Shown here: positions 26,821 to 36,325 of the stretch, in pieces
Layout: each line of letters opens with the position of its first letter
Position numbering within the stretch: position 1 is the stretch's first letter
From: Candidatus Micrarchaeota archaeon
Lineage (GTDB): Archaea > Micrarchaeota > Micrarchaeia > Micrarchaeales > Micrarchaeaceae
Direction: 5' to 3'
Assembly: GCA_021821445.1 (NCBI GenBank)
Contig: JAKACK010000002.1
Span: 3,224 to 67,223 of the forward strand
DNA: 64,000 nt
The notes under the pieces: generated by a model
The model's database searches: none
What the model was told of the DNA's origin: nothing
Seen by the model: the letters and a program-made list of their open reading frames with translations, nothing else
Program-made: the position numbers and the translations under genes

Positions 26821-27804
26821 TTATTTATTTTGTTTTTTTCTTTTAGTTGCTTTGCTTTTCTTTACTGATGTTGTTTTAGTTATTGATGTTGTAGCTGAAG
26901 GTGTTGCTGGTGATGCTGCAGGTGGTGTTGGGGGTATTGGCTTTGCTATTGTTAATATTGCTTTTAATGCGTAAGCTGATAGTTTTTCTTTAATCTCTTT
27001 TACATCTTCCACATTTGCATCAGCTTCAATATCTATTCCATAAGATAATTGATTTATATCTGTTACACTTAATTCTGAATTTACAATTTTTTTATCAGCA
27101 TTTATTAGATTAATAAATTTATCTTTGAATATATCATAATCGACTAGCTTTACATCTATTTCAACATGAGATTTAACTCTTATAGTACCTACTCTTTTGT
27201 GATTAAATACTACCGCTTGATTCATTATATTATTTGGAATAACTATTGGTGTATTATCCTCGCCAAGCATTTCAGTATACATTATTCCTATTTTTGTAAC
27301 AGTTCCTATAAATCCTGGTATTATAGTATCGTGTTGATATGTTGGACCTATTAATCCATATTGCCATGTTGATATTGTTACTTTTTCTCCAACAGAAAAA
27401 GGTTTTGATGCAATTAATTCAAAACCTGCTATTAGGTTTCCAACTGTATTTTGGGCTGCTAAACCTACTACTATACCTAAGAAACCCGCCCCTACTAATA
27501 TTCCAGTTACATTCACATGTAATGCATTCAGTAGCATTATTGCAAGTATTGTATAAGCTATAACTTGGAATAGATCTCCTAATACCTTTGTTTCGCTTTT
27601 TGCTTTAATAGTACGTCTTTTGATTGTATTAGATATGAGCTGTATAACTATTATTCCTATTATAAGCAACAATGCTATGTGTATCCATTCAAGGTAATTT
27701 GATATATCTAAAATTTTTGAGTATAAATCGATTGTTTTTGATATTATCAACCCTATAATTATTATTATAATACCAATTATAGCTCTCTTTTTATACAATT
27801 GCAA
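26821..27804 (-). CDS. mscS: Small-conductance mechanosensitive channel with low-complexity C-tail
   Basis: GAGFLGIVVGLAAQNTVGNLIAG, KPFSVGE, IPNN. P/A/T/S- and K-rich tail. Confidence 0.92.
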   Translation of the reverse strand: MQLYKKRAIIGIIIIIIGLIISKTIDLYSKILDISNYLEWIHIALLLIIGIIVIQLISNTIKRRTIKAKSETKVLGDLFQVIAYTILAIMLLNALHVNVTGILVGAGFLGIVVGLAAQNTVGNLIAGFELIASKPFSVGEKVTISTWQYGLIGPTYQHDTIIPGFIGTVTKIGIMYTEMLGEDNTPIVIPNNIMNQAVVFNHKRVGTIRVKSHVEIDVKLVDYDIFKDKFINLINADKKIVNSELSVTDINQLSYGIDIEADANVEDVKEIKEKLSAYALKAILTIAKPIPPTPPAASPATPSATTSITKTTSVKKSKATKRKKQNK

Positions 27805-27825
27805 AATTTACCACCAAAAAATAAA

Positions 27826-28605
27826 TTAACTTTCCATATAAGGTGCTAAGTAATATGACACTATTGCGTCTCCTATTTTATAACTTAGTTTTATAGGCTG
27901 ATCTGTTTTCATAGAAAGTGAAATATTTTCGCTTGAAGGGCATGCGTTTACCATTCTTGTGAGATAATCTAAATTAAATGTTGCTGATGATGGTTTTTTT
28001 GCTTCAAGACGTTGTATTATATCTTTATCTACTTTGAATTCTTCTTTTACCTCTCCTGCATCTCCTTTAGCAGAGATTATAAAAGAATCATCTTCAGCTT
28101 TAAACCCGACATAAGTTGATAATTGAGCTGCATCTTTTAATATACTTTTAAAGAAATCCCCTTTTATATCAATAAAAGACTCAAACTCTATTTTTGGTTC
28201 ATTATCACTAGATTTTTTAACATCTATTAATGGTAATGTATAATCTCTATGCCCATTTGAACCTATAAATTCAAGGGCCATTTTATTTTCTTTATCTTTC
28301 ATAAGAAGCTGTTCTCCACTCCTTGAGCTCAATAAAATTTTACTTAAATTATCTAAATTTAATCCTATATATGAATCGTGAGATTCTTTTTCTGCGGCTT
28401 CCTTATCTTTCTTTTCTGTTATGTTATATTTTGAAAAAATCTTGTTAGGTGCCATAAAGTAAACCATACTAATACCTGAAGGATCCATAGCTTTTAAACT
28501 TATACCCTCTTTTGATATATTAAATGAACCTTCATCGACTAAACTAACAATTGAATCTATACAATTTTTCCAATACTTTGCATCGTCTATTTTTATCTCA
28601 AACAT
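27826..28605 (-). CDS. pcn: PCNA sliding clamp
   Basis: LVDEG.F, AMDPSGISMV, FNLDYL, YYLAP. Confidence 0.95.
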   Translation of the reverse strand: MFEIKIDDAKYWKNCIDSIVSLVDEGSFNISKEGISLKAMDPSGISMVYFMAPNKIFSKYNITEKKDKEAAEKESHDSYIGLNLDNLSKILLSSRSGEQLLMKDKENKMALEFIGSNGHRDYTLPLIDVKKSSDNEPKIEFESFIDIKGDFFKSILKDAAQLSTYVGFKAEDDSFIISAKGDAGEVKEEFKVDKDIIQRLEAKKPSSATFNLDYLTRMVNACPSSENISLSMKTDQPIKLSYKIGDAIVSYYLAPYMES

Positions 28606-28718
28606 ATCTACCGCCTAATTGTTTTACCCATTATAGTTTATTTAGAAAATAATATAAATGTGTCCAATTATTGCTAATTGACCTTTTGTTTCTTTATAAT
28701 TAGAAATATAAATATCAA

Positions 28719-28806
28719 TGGGCCTGGAGAGATTTGAACTCTCGACCTACGGCTTTCTTATTTACATTATAAGACCGCCGCTCTGACCATGCTGAGCTAC
28801 AAGCCC
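28719..28806 (-). tRNA. tRNA-Ile(UAU) with 13-nt 37/38 intron (28755-28767)
   Basis: GCGGT-CTTATA|intron|A-GCCGT. BHB central helix CUUA/UAAG fixes the anticodon as UAU. Acceptor GGGCTTG/CAGGCCC, discriminator A. Confidence 0.9.
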
Positions 28807-29071
28807 CTGATATGTAATATTAATATGTAAATATTTAAATTATTTTGCCATATCTTGTTTATTTATTTTTGATTTTTTGTATTTTTATAGATGTGCATTT
28901 ATAAAATACTTTATTAACGAATATTAAGAGTTTCTATATTAATTATGAATATTTAATCTTAATCTTTAATATAAGCGCTTATTTTTAGAAAAGAATAACT
29001 AATCCATACTTTGTTCATTGTGAAAAGATTTTTAATCTATTATGAACTTAATTACATTCAATAATGATAAC

Positions 29072-29998
29072 ATGAATAGCAGACAATATAAAATATTTGG
29101 ATTACTTATACTAAGTACAGTTATATATGCATTAAATGGCACGCTTGAATATATTTTGTTAAAACATTTTGAACTTTATACGTTTTTCTTTCTCTGGAGT
29201 TTTGGTGGTGTACTTTCATTACCTTTACTCGTGCATATAATGGGTATGCGAAATGATTTATTTAAAAATTTAAAAGGGCATATTGTCAGTATAGCTGGAG
29301 GATCGTTTCTTGTTATATGTGACCTTTCTCTTTTCATGGCTTTTAAATTATATTTCCTTGCAAGTGTTTACCCACTCATTGCAGTAAGCTCATTAATATT
29401 CTTTGTTATTGACTTAGTTAAATATCATTCAAAGCTTAGTTCAAGAGTAATTGTATTTGTTATGATAGGTATAATTCTTGTTATAATAGGTACTCTTTTA
29501 ACAGAGAGTATAAATTATTCATTCAATTACTCTATACTACCCTTTGCAATAGCGATAATAGTCTTTGCAGGTTTAGGTTATTATGCGGTATTTTACAACA
29601 TACATGAGTATAGTATAGGCTCAAAAATCAGCTCTATTACAATTATATCATTCATCACATCAATAGTTCTGCTCTTTATTTTACCTCCAGATAAAATCAT
29701 ATATCAGGTACAATCAGTTTATTCTATAATGGTGGTGATTAGTGGTATGCTCTTTATTACTGCACTCGCGTTAGAATTAAAAGTAGTAAAAATAACTGAA
29801 AATGTGACACTTTATAAGACAGTGGCTTTAAAGAACTTAATAAATAACTTTACATATTTGGATACGGTATTAGTATTGTTGTTAAGTGTTGTGATAGGTA
29901 GTTTTGTACCTATTGAAATTCTTGGCGGTTTTATTATAGTTTTTGGCGTAGTTATAATAGCAAAAGCAGATGAAAAAGAGGGGAGGGGGAATTCATAA
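29072..29998 (+). CDS. Multi-pass membrane protein, DMT/EamA-like
   Basis: About 10 TM helices in two halves, ending EILGGFIIVFGVVII. Confidence 0.7.
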   Translation: MNSRQYKIFGLLILSTVIYALNGTLEYILLKHFELYTFFFLWSFGGVLSLPLLVHIMGMRNDLFKNLKGHIVSIAGGSFLVICDLSLFMAFKLYFLASVYPLIAVSSLIFFVIDLVKYHSKLSSRVIVFVMIGIILVIIGTLLTESINYSFNYSILPFAIAIIVFAGLGYYAVFYNIHEYSIGSKISSITIISFITSIVLLFILPPDKIIYQVQSVYSIMVVISGMLFITALALELKVVKITENVTLYKTVALKNLINNFTYLDTVLVLLLSVVIGSFVPIEILGGFIIVFGVVIIAKADEKEGRGNS

Positions 29999-30069
29999 AT
30001 TATGAATATTTATTATCTTATTTTTATTTAATACCAAAAATGAAAATGAAGAAATATTTAATTATCATA

Positions 30070-30158
30070 TGCGCCAGCCGGGATTTGGACCCGGGCCTCT
30101 GGCTTTTTTCATATAATATATGGGAAGCCAGTATCCTACCAGGCTAGATTACTAGCGC
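30070..30158 (-). tRNA. tRNA-Gly(CCC) with 16-nt 37/38 intron (30105-30120)
   Basis: Acceptor GCGCTAG/CTGGCGC, anticodon arm CTGGC-TTCCCA|intron|A-GCCAG. T-loop reads TCCAAAT. Confidence 0.9.
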
Positions 30159-30179
30159 TTGAATAAGGTTGCTAATGAA

Positions 30180-30953
30180 TTAACGAATATAGGATCTGTT
30201 ATTATTATCTTTTTGTTCGCTTGGCATAGGTACATTAGAGGATAATTGATTTTCTAATTCTTTTATCATTTTTGCTGTTTTTTCTATTATTGAATCTATC
30301 TTAGTCATATCAATGTTTAAGTTTAGGTTCTTTGAAAGTACCTTTAATACAGATTTTGCTGCATTTGGATCCATATCAATTAAGGAAGATTCTCCCATGA
30401 TACATATACTATCAATTTTATTCATTTTTGCAAATGCTACTATCAATCCAGCTGAACCAAATATTGTACCTCTGGATTCTCCAAATACAACACCTGATTT
30501 TTTAAATTTCGTTATAACTTTATCAGAAGATGCATTTCCAAGTGCACGTGGTTTATCCGTATAATTTCCTGATATATTATAACCGCCTATTGTTATAATC
30601 TCTTTACCTTTTAAGGTATTTACAAAAAAATCTACAATTTTGTTATTGACGATGTATTGTCCTTCGGGTGTTACTGCTTGATCTTCACCTGTTAATACTA
30701 TTATATCGTTTTTTGTTTTTGTCTTTAATTTATAAAATCTATTGCCAACAAGCTTTATTTTTCCATTTTTTAGCATTACCACTCTTGGAGGAAAATGTTG
30801 TGAATATAAGGTTGCAATTTTTTCTCCTTTAAATTCACGTATTAATTGTTCTGCAACTAATTTCCCAACTGCACCTATACCTGGTAATCCTACTAATAGA
30901 ATAGGAGATTTTAATTTTAAGCCTTTTTTATATTTTATAAATGTTTTTTCCAT
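30180..30953 (-). CDS. PAC2 family protein (aIF2alpha-linked)
   Basis: GLPGIGAVGKL, FPP.V, ITIGGY, GSAGL, MGES, DPNAA. Confidence 0.9.
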   Translation of the reverse strand: MEKTFIKYKKGLKLKSPILLVGLPGIGAVGKLVAEQLIREFKGEKIATLYSQHFPPRVVMLKNGKIKLVGNRFYKLKTKTKNDIIVLTGEDQAVTPEGQYIVNNKIVDFFVNTLKGKEIITIGGYNISGNYTDKPRALGNASSDKVITKFKKSGVVFGESRGTIFGSAGLIVAFAKMNKIDSICIMGESSLIDMDPNAAKSVLKVLSKNLNLNIDMTKIDSIIEKTAKMIKELENQLSSNVPMPSEQKDNNNRSYIR

Positions 30954-30971
30954 TTTTAGCATCTCATTTAT

Positions 30972-31766
30972 TTATAATGTGTTTATTATATCCTCTTTAT
31001 CCTTCTTCAATTTCTCTTTTTCCATTCCAAAATTGATATTTTTTAATGATGAATTGATTATAGATTCTGCTTTTTTTATTTTATCCTCTGCTTCAGGGTA
31101 ATTTTTAGCTTCTGCAGATATGTGATATTTAGGAGCACTTATATAATATATTTTTGAACCTGTCTCTTTTTCCACTTTTTCAAGAGTATTTTTTATTTCA
31201 TCAATACTGGTTTTTGAATCTAATGCTCCTATTGTCATTATATATGATACAATATGTTCCTTTTCTTTTCTACTAGATCTAATAATAGATAATATTTCGT
31301 TTTGCAAATCAATTGGTAATTTAGAATCCTTTAATACTTCATCTTTTTCTGATAACTTTGATAGAAAAGTTGTATAATTTGAAAATTCCGAGATTATTAT
31401 TGATTTAATTTCATTCTTTTGATCTGTTAAGTTAGATACTTTTGTGGCCTGTGCAACTATAGCTTCAGATCTTTTTTCAAGGTTATATTCATTAATTTTT
31501 TCTTTTGAACCACTAGGTGTAACTTTTTTAAGAGATACGTCAATAGTTCCTTTTGCTTGATCAATATATATTATTTTACATACAACTCTTTGATTTATGT
31601 GTAAAAATTCGTGAATATTTTTTATCCATCCTGAAGAAATTTCTCTTAATGGTAAGAATACCTCAAGATTATTATATTCTATTAATTTACAATAAGCTCC
31701 AAATGGTGATATCTTAGATACCTCTCCTATAACCAAGCTTCCATATTTAGGTATCCTATTTTCCAT
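30972..31766 (-). CDS. eif2a: Translation initiation factor 2 subunit alpha
   Basis: S1 domain GAYCKLIEY...EISSGWIKNI...IDVSLKKV, and SAPKY. Confidence 0.95.
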   Translation of the reverse strand: MENRIPKYGSLVIGEVSKISPFGAYCKLIEYNNLEVFLPLREISSGWIKNIHEFLHINQRVVCKIIYIDQAKGTIDVSLKKVTPSGSKEKINEYNLEKRSEAIVAQATKVSNLTDQKNEIKSIIISEFSNYTTFLSKLSEKDEVLKDSKLPIDLQNEILSIIRSSRKEKEHIVSYIMTIGALDSKTSIDEIKNTLEKVEKETGSKIYYISAPKYHISAEAKNYPEAEDKIKKAESIINSSLKNINFGMEKEKLKKDKEDIINTL

Positions 31767-31781
31767 AATATATCACATAAT

Positions 31782-32063
31782 TCATATTTTAAATTCTAAT
31801 TTTTTCTTTGTTCTAGTACCGAATACTCTTTCTACTGTGTATGAACAAGTCTTGCATTTTAAAAGTGCTTTTTGTCTTTTTCCTACTTTTTTAACAGTAG
31901 CTTGTCCTTTTACTTTTCCAATATAACCTGTTCTCTTTCTGGCGTTCCTTCTAGTTCCTTCTGTTAATCCTCCTTCAGGCTTTTTTGTGTAAAATTTAAC
32001 AGTATGTGTTGTATTCTTATCACACTTCGGACAATATGTATTAATTTCTTTTGGGACTTTCAT
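31782..32063 (-). CDS. rpl44e: 50S ribosomal protein L44e
   Basis: MKVPKEINTYCPKC...HTV...CKTC. Confidence 0.95.
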   Translation of the reverse strand: MKVPKEINTYCPKCDKNTTHTVKFYTKKPEGGLTEGTRRNARKRTGYIGKVKGQATVKKVGKRQKALLKCKTCSYTVERVFGTRTKKKLEFKI

Positions 32064-32193
32064 AATATCACATTTTATATTATATAATTACAACGAGCAT
32101 AAATAATTCAATATAAATTTATAAAACAATTAAGTTATATATTATTATTGTAATATTAATTTATATATTTGTATGTTTTTGCTTTATGCTTTT

Positions 32194-32808
32194 CTATACT
32201 TCTATTGCTAAATTGCTCGTAGTTATAAAATTAATATCACCATTATTTTCGATTTTAAATATTTCATCTTTATGTATAGGCCCTAATTTTTGGCCAGAGG
32301 GTAATATAATTTCAGGTATGTCTATTAAGGCTTTCAAGTTTCCTTCTTGTGTTATTTCTGAGGGATTATTTTCGCATGTATCTGATTGTGATATAGATTG
32401 TTCAGTTATGTCTAAATCTTCGTTTGTATTGGATATGTTGTTATCGTTTAAAGTTTCTAAAGGTTTGTTTTTATTTATTTCGTCAATTTCATTAGATTCT
32501 ATTTTTGTATTTTTTATAGTGGATAAAATTTTTAAGTATAAATCTTGTTCAATTTTAGGTAATGTTTGAGGAATTGGTTTATTGTATGCTGCATAAATAG
32601 CTATCTTTTTCTTTCTTTTTTCAAACAGATTAATAAGTATTTTTTTAGCATTATCTTTTTTTGAAGTGCCCAAATCAGAACTTTTTAAAGTGTTTATAAA
32701 ATTTAATGCATCAATATAAAAGTTTTTATCTATGTTTACTAATTCGTTAGATTGTCCCTCTTCAATAGATGTTTTCCAAAGTAAAGAATAATTAAAAGTA
32801 TTTTCCAC
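32194..32808 (-). CDS. gins: GINS subunit (Gins51/15-like)
   Basis: EE...L...DKNFY, KRKKKI, EQDLY, acidic linker, B-domain DIPEI....KLGP..K.EI. Lies upstream of L44e as in the conserved cluster. Confidence 0.8.
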   Translation of the reverse strand: MENTFNYSLLWKTSIEEGQSNELVNIDKNFYIDALNFINTLKSSDLGTSKKDNAKKILINLFEKRKKKIAIYAAYNKPIPQTLPKIEQDLYLKILSTIKNTKIESNEIDEINKNKPLETLNDNNISNTNEDLDITEQSISQSDTCENNPSEITQEGNLKALIDIPEIILPSGQKLGPIHKDEIFKIENNGDINFITTSNLAIEV

Positions 32809-32812
32809 ATAG

Positions 32813-32986
32813 ACCCCTCAATTCCACTATTCACAGCTCTTATTTATATAATATATATTTTTAAAAAAATCAATATAAATATAAAATTTATTTTATTTTA
32901 ATTATTACATTTACTTTTACTTTTTAGGTATTTTAAACCTTTCTTTTTAATTAAAATATCTATAATAAATAGTGGAAGTTAGGGGT
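32813..32986. repeat. 19-bp inverted repeat (17/19 identical) AATAGTGGAANTNAGGGGT flanking a 136-bp AT-rich spacer
   Basis: acccctcaattccactatt (32813-32831) and aatagtggaagttaggggt (32968-32986). Confidence 0.85.
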
Positions 32987-33041
32987 GGGTAAATAAAAAG
33001 TAATAACTTATTTCTCATACATTTAATAAATTCAAAATTAG

Positions 33042-33116
33042 TAGCGAGGGGTGGATTTGAACCACCGACCTCCGGGTTATGAGCCCGGCGGGCACTCCAG
33101 ACTACCCTACCTCGCT
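33042..33116 (-). tRNA. Initiator tRNA-Met(CAU)
   Basis: A1-U72, three G-C pairs in the anticodon stem (CCGGG-CTCATAA-CCCGG). Confidence 0.97.
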
Positions 33117-33232
33117 ATTAAAGCTATATTTAATTAGGGTAAATCAAATAAAAAGTTTACAGTAAGAGTTTGTTATTAAACATATATAAATATTTCGCAA
33201 AAGCAATAAAACTAATCTTAAAAACATGTAAA

Positions 33233-33988
33233 TTAAAATTTACCTACTTTCAACTTTTTAAGCATTTGTGAATCTTTTGCAAGATTTATAGCTTGTGTTT
33301 TACTAACTCTCTTTAAAGATGATTCACAATTAGGACATTTAAAGTTTGTTTCAAATGCAGAATCAAATGTAAATATAAGTTTATCTGTCTCATAACACTT
33401 TTCACATACAAAATAATCATTGCAATTATCATTAACATTCAATTTTGATGAAGATACTGAAACCACGTAATTAAGAAAATCTTTTATCTTGCTTATATTT
33501 ATATACCAATAAAAGGATAACCACCCTTCATTGCTTTTAGAAACAATATAATTTGTAACTCCAAATCCTTGTAATATGTTTAATATCCTTCTAACAGAAT
33601 TAATTTTAAGATCTAAATCTTGTGATATATCTTCATCTGTTTTTGGGTGTAATAATTCTTTTATAACATCAATAGAATTTTTACTAACCCTATGATCAAG
33701 ATAAGAAGTAACTAAATCATTTTTAGATAAATCTTCAATTACTTCAGCAATTTGCTCTTGTACCTCTTTATCTCCATAAAGTTCTTTTTCTAAATCATCC
33801 CTGTCAAATTTATTAGTTTTCTTCTGTGTGTTATCTTTAGTAATTTTTACTACTCCAACCTTATTATTTTTAACTTTAGGTGAGATTTTTGTTTTCAAAT
33901 TAGAATTCTTTTTTAAATCCTTTTTTTTAATAGCTGCTACCTTTACCTTCTTACCTCTCTTACTCAAACCATTATTTTTATTAGACAT
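33233..33988 (-). CDS. tfe: Transcription factor E alpha with Lys-rich N-terminal extension
   Basis: TDEDIS..L.LKINSVRRILN.L, GWLSFYW, FVCEKC...FDSAFETNFKCPNC. Confidence 0.9.
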   Translation of the reverse strand: MSNKNNGLSKRGKKVKVAAIKKKDLKKNSNLKTKISPKVKNNKVGVVKITKDNTQKKTNKFDRDDLEKELYGDKEVQEQIAEVIEDLSKNDLVTSYLDHRVSKNSIDVIKELLHPKTDEDISQDLDLKINSVRRILNILQGFGVTNYIVSKSNEGWLSFYWYINISKIKDFLNYVVSVSSSKLNVNDNCNDYFVCEKCYETDKLIFTFDSAFETNFKCPNCESSLKRVSKTQAINLAKDSQMLKKLKVGKF

Positions 33989-34157
33989 ATTTAGCACCAT
34001 TAAAAGATATTTTAATTAGTATATATTATGAATTTTATATTATTTAAAGGTTCCCTATAAAAGAGATTTTATTTTTATTTTAATAAAATCACAATAAATT
34101 TTTTCTTAAAAAATTTTAGGTGAGATTAATAGCATATTTAACTAAAACTAAACAATA

Positions 34158-34937
34158 TCAAAAAATTGCAGATTCTAAGAATATATAAATACCAAAAATA
34201 ATCACAATTGCTGCAAATATCTTCCTAAGTAAATTCTTATCCATTTTAACTGATATACGAGTACCAAAATATCCACCTAATATACCTCCAATTATGAACA
34301 ATATTGATAATTCAGGTAAAACATCTCCAGCAAATGCATATCTTATTGCAGTTCCAATTCCAAAAGTACCTACAACAAATAAAGAAGTTCCTATAGCTTG
34401 ATTTATTTTTATTTTCACAGATGACATTATACCAGGTACTATTAGAAATCCACCCCCTATTCCAAAAAATCCGGAGGCAAATCCTACAAGTGATGAATAA
34501 AGTACTAATTTCTTCTTTTTAATAGTCTTAAGTGATTTACAATTTTGATCTGGGAGTGTTTTACATTTACTAACATACATGTATAATCCTATTACCACCA
34601 TAAGCACTGCAAATAAAGCCAGTAAACTTTTTCCAGGTAAATAAAGACCAACTTCTGAACCTATAAAAACACCTACCAAACCGATTAATGCAAATATAGC
34701 ACCTACTCTGAAATTCACATTTTTATCTTTTGCATGCTGATAAAAATTTATAAAAGCATTTATACCTACAGCTAATGCGGTTGTACCTATAGCTTTATGT
34801 GGTTCGTTTATACCTACAAAATAAATAAATAGAGGAATAGCTAATATAGATCCACCGCCTCCTATCAAGCCAAGGCTAAATCCAACAAGTAAACCAGAAA
34901 TTACTGATAATATTGATTGTAATAAGGTAACTATCAT
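34158..34937 (-). CDS. TauE/SafE (TSUP) transporter
   Basis: Duplicated GLIGGGG/GIGGGF and AIGT motifs, 8 TM helices. Confidence 0.92.
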   Translation of the reverse strand: MIVTLLQSILSVISGLLVGFSLGLIGGGGSILAIPLFIYFVGINEPHKAIGTTALAVGINAFINFYQHAKDKNVNFRVGAIFALIGLVGVFIGSEVGLYLPGKSLLALFAVLMVVIGLYMYVSKCKTLPDQNCKSLKTIKKKKLVLYSSLVGFASGFFGIGGGFLIVPGIMSSVKIKINQAIGTSLFVVGTFGIGTAIRYAFAGDVLPELSILFIIGGILGGYFGTRISVKMDKNLLRKIFAAIVIIFGIYIFLESAIF

Positions 34938-35097
34938 CTATTAATTATAATAAAGAGAATCATTAAATACCTATATAGTTTTGCTAATAAATAAGGCATC
35001 TAACAAAATTTTTTCGAGAACATATATATTGAAAATTATAATAATATCAATAAAATGTATAAAAATATATAAACCTCTTTAATTATAAAATAAAAAA

Positions 35098-36177
35098 TCA
35101 ATTTTTATTATTCTTTTTTGGTCTAGAATTATCCTTATTATCATTTTTTTCGTCTGTATTTTTATTATCATCTGTGTCTGTGCTTTTTTCAGACGCAGTT
35201 TCAGAAGAATTAGGATTGCCTACATCTCCTATACCTGCTAACTTATCTATACCTAAAACCCCTACAGGTGTTGGTATTCCAAGCCCTCTTGACTCTGTAG
35301 GTATAAATATTAGATGATTTTTCCCACTTATACCGATTTCATAAAGCATGTTAAGTGCTCTGAGTTGCATCGCATATATATTTGAATTGTAAGTTTTAGC
35401 TGCTGCCACCATATTGACCGCTGCAAGCTTTTCTGATTCCGCAAGTATAACTCTTGCATCACGTTCTCTCGAAGCTATAGCCACTTTTGCCATTGCATCC
35501 TGAAGATCGTCTGGTATTTTTACATCTCTTATTTCTACAGATATTACATCAACTCCCCAAGGAGATACTCTTTGATCTATTAATGCTTTTACCTGTGCTG
35601 CAATCTCACTTCTTCCCACTATCATTTTACTGAGCTCTACCTTTCCTATTACATCTCTAAGTGCTGTCTGCGCTGCTAATGAAACAGATTGTTGCATATC
35701 ATTCACTTGTAACGCTGTCTTCTCTGGATTTTCTATTCTAGTAAACATTATCGCATCTACATCAACTCCAACATTATCCTGTGTTAAAGTTTTCTCTGCA
35801 GAAAAAGTAGCGGAAAATGTTCTTAAATCAAATTTGTATGGCATTCTCTGAATCAAAGGTATTATGAAAAACAAACCAGGTCCATAAGTACCCTTATATT
35901 TTCCTAATGATAATATAGGGGCTCTGTTCCACTCTTGAAGAACCTTTATACTCATAAGAAGATATATAACTAATATTATTATGAATACTATAATTCCAGA
36001 TATTATGCTAGAAGTTGCAGCATAAGCTATCAAAAAGAATACTGCAGATATTATTATACCTATAATTATTGCTAACAAAGAATTTTTGGTCATACTATTG
36101 CTACTTTTATATGTATAATAATAATCAGGAATTTTGTTATCAGGAACATTTGCTGTTGATTTAATATTTTGAACCAT
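35098..36177 (-). CDS. SPFH/stomatin-like protein
   Basis: GPGLFFIIP, DLRT, TLTQDNV.V.VDA, AQTALRDVIG, WGV.V..VEIRDV. Confidence 0.93.
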   Translation of the reverse strand: MVQNIKSTANVPDNKIPDYYYTYKSSNSMTKNSLLAIIIGIIISAVFFLIAYAATSSIISGIIVFIIILVIYLLMSIKVLQEWNRAPILSLGKYKGTYGPGLFFIIPLIQRMPYKFDLRTFSATFSAEKTLTQDNVGVDVDAIMFTRIENPEKTALQVNDMQQSVSLAAQTALRDVIGKVELSKMIVGRSEIAAQVKALIDQRVSPWGVDVISVEIRDVKIPDDLQDAMAKVAIASRERDARVILAESEKLAAVNMVAAAKTYNSNIYAMQLRALNMLYEIGISGKNHLIFIPTESRGLGIPTPVGVLGIDKLAGIGDVGNPNSSETASEKSTDTDDNKNTDEKNDNKDNSRPKKNNKN

Positions 36178-36325
36178 AATCTTACCATTAATATTTAGCA
36201 TGCAACATATATATCACTACCTATAAGCATTGTTAATTTTGCTTTATTCATTAACAGGGAATCTAAAATTAGCATATATATAAGAATTTCTCTTCAAAAA
36301 AAACAAAATATATTAAAGATTTACT

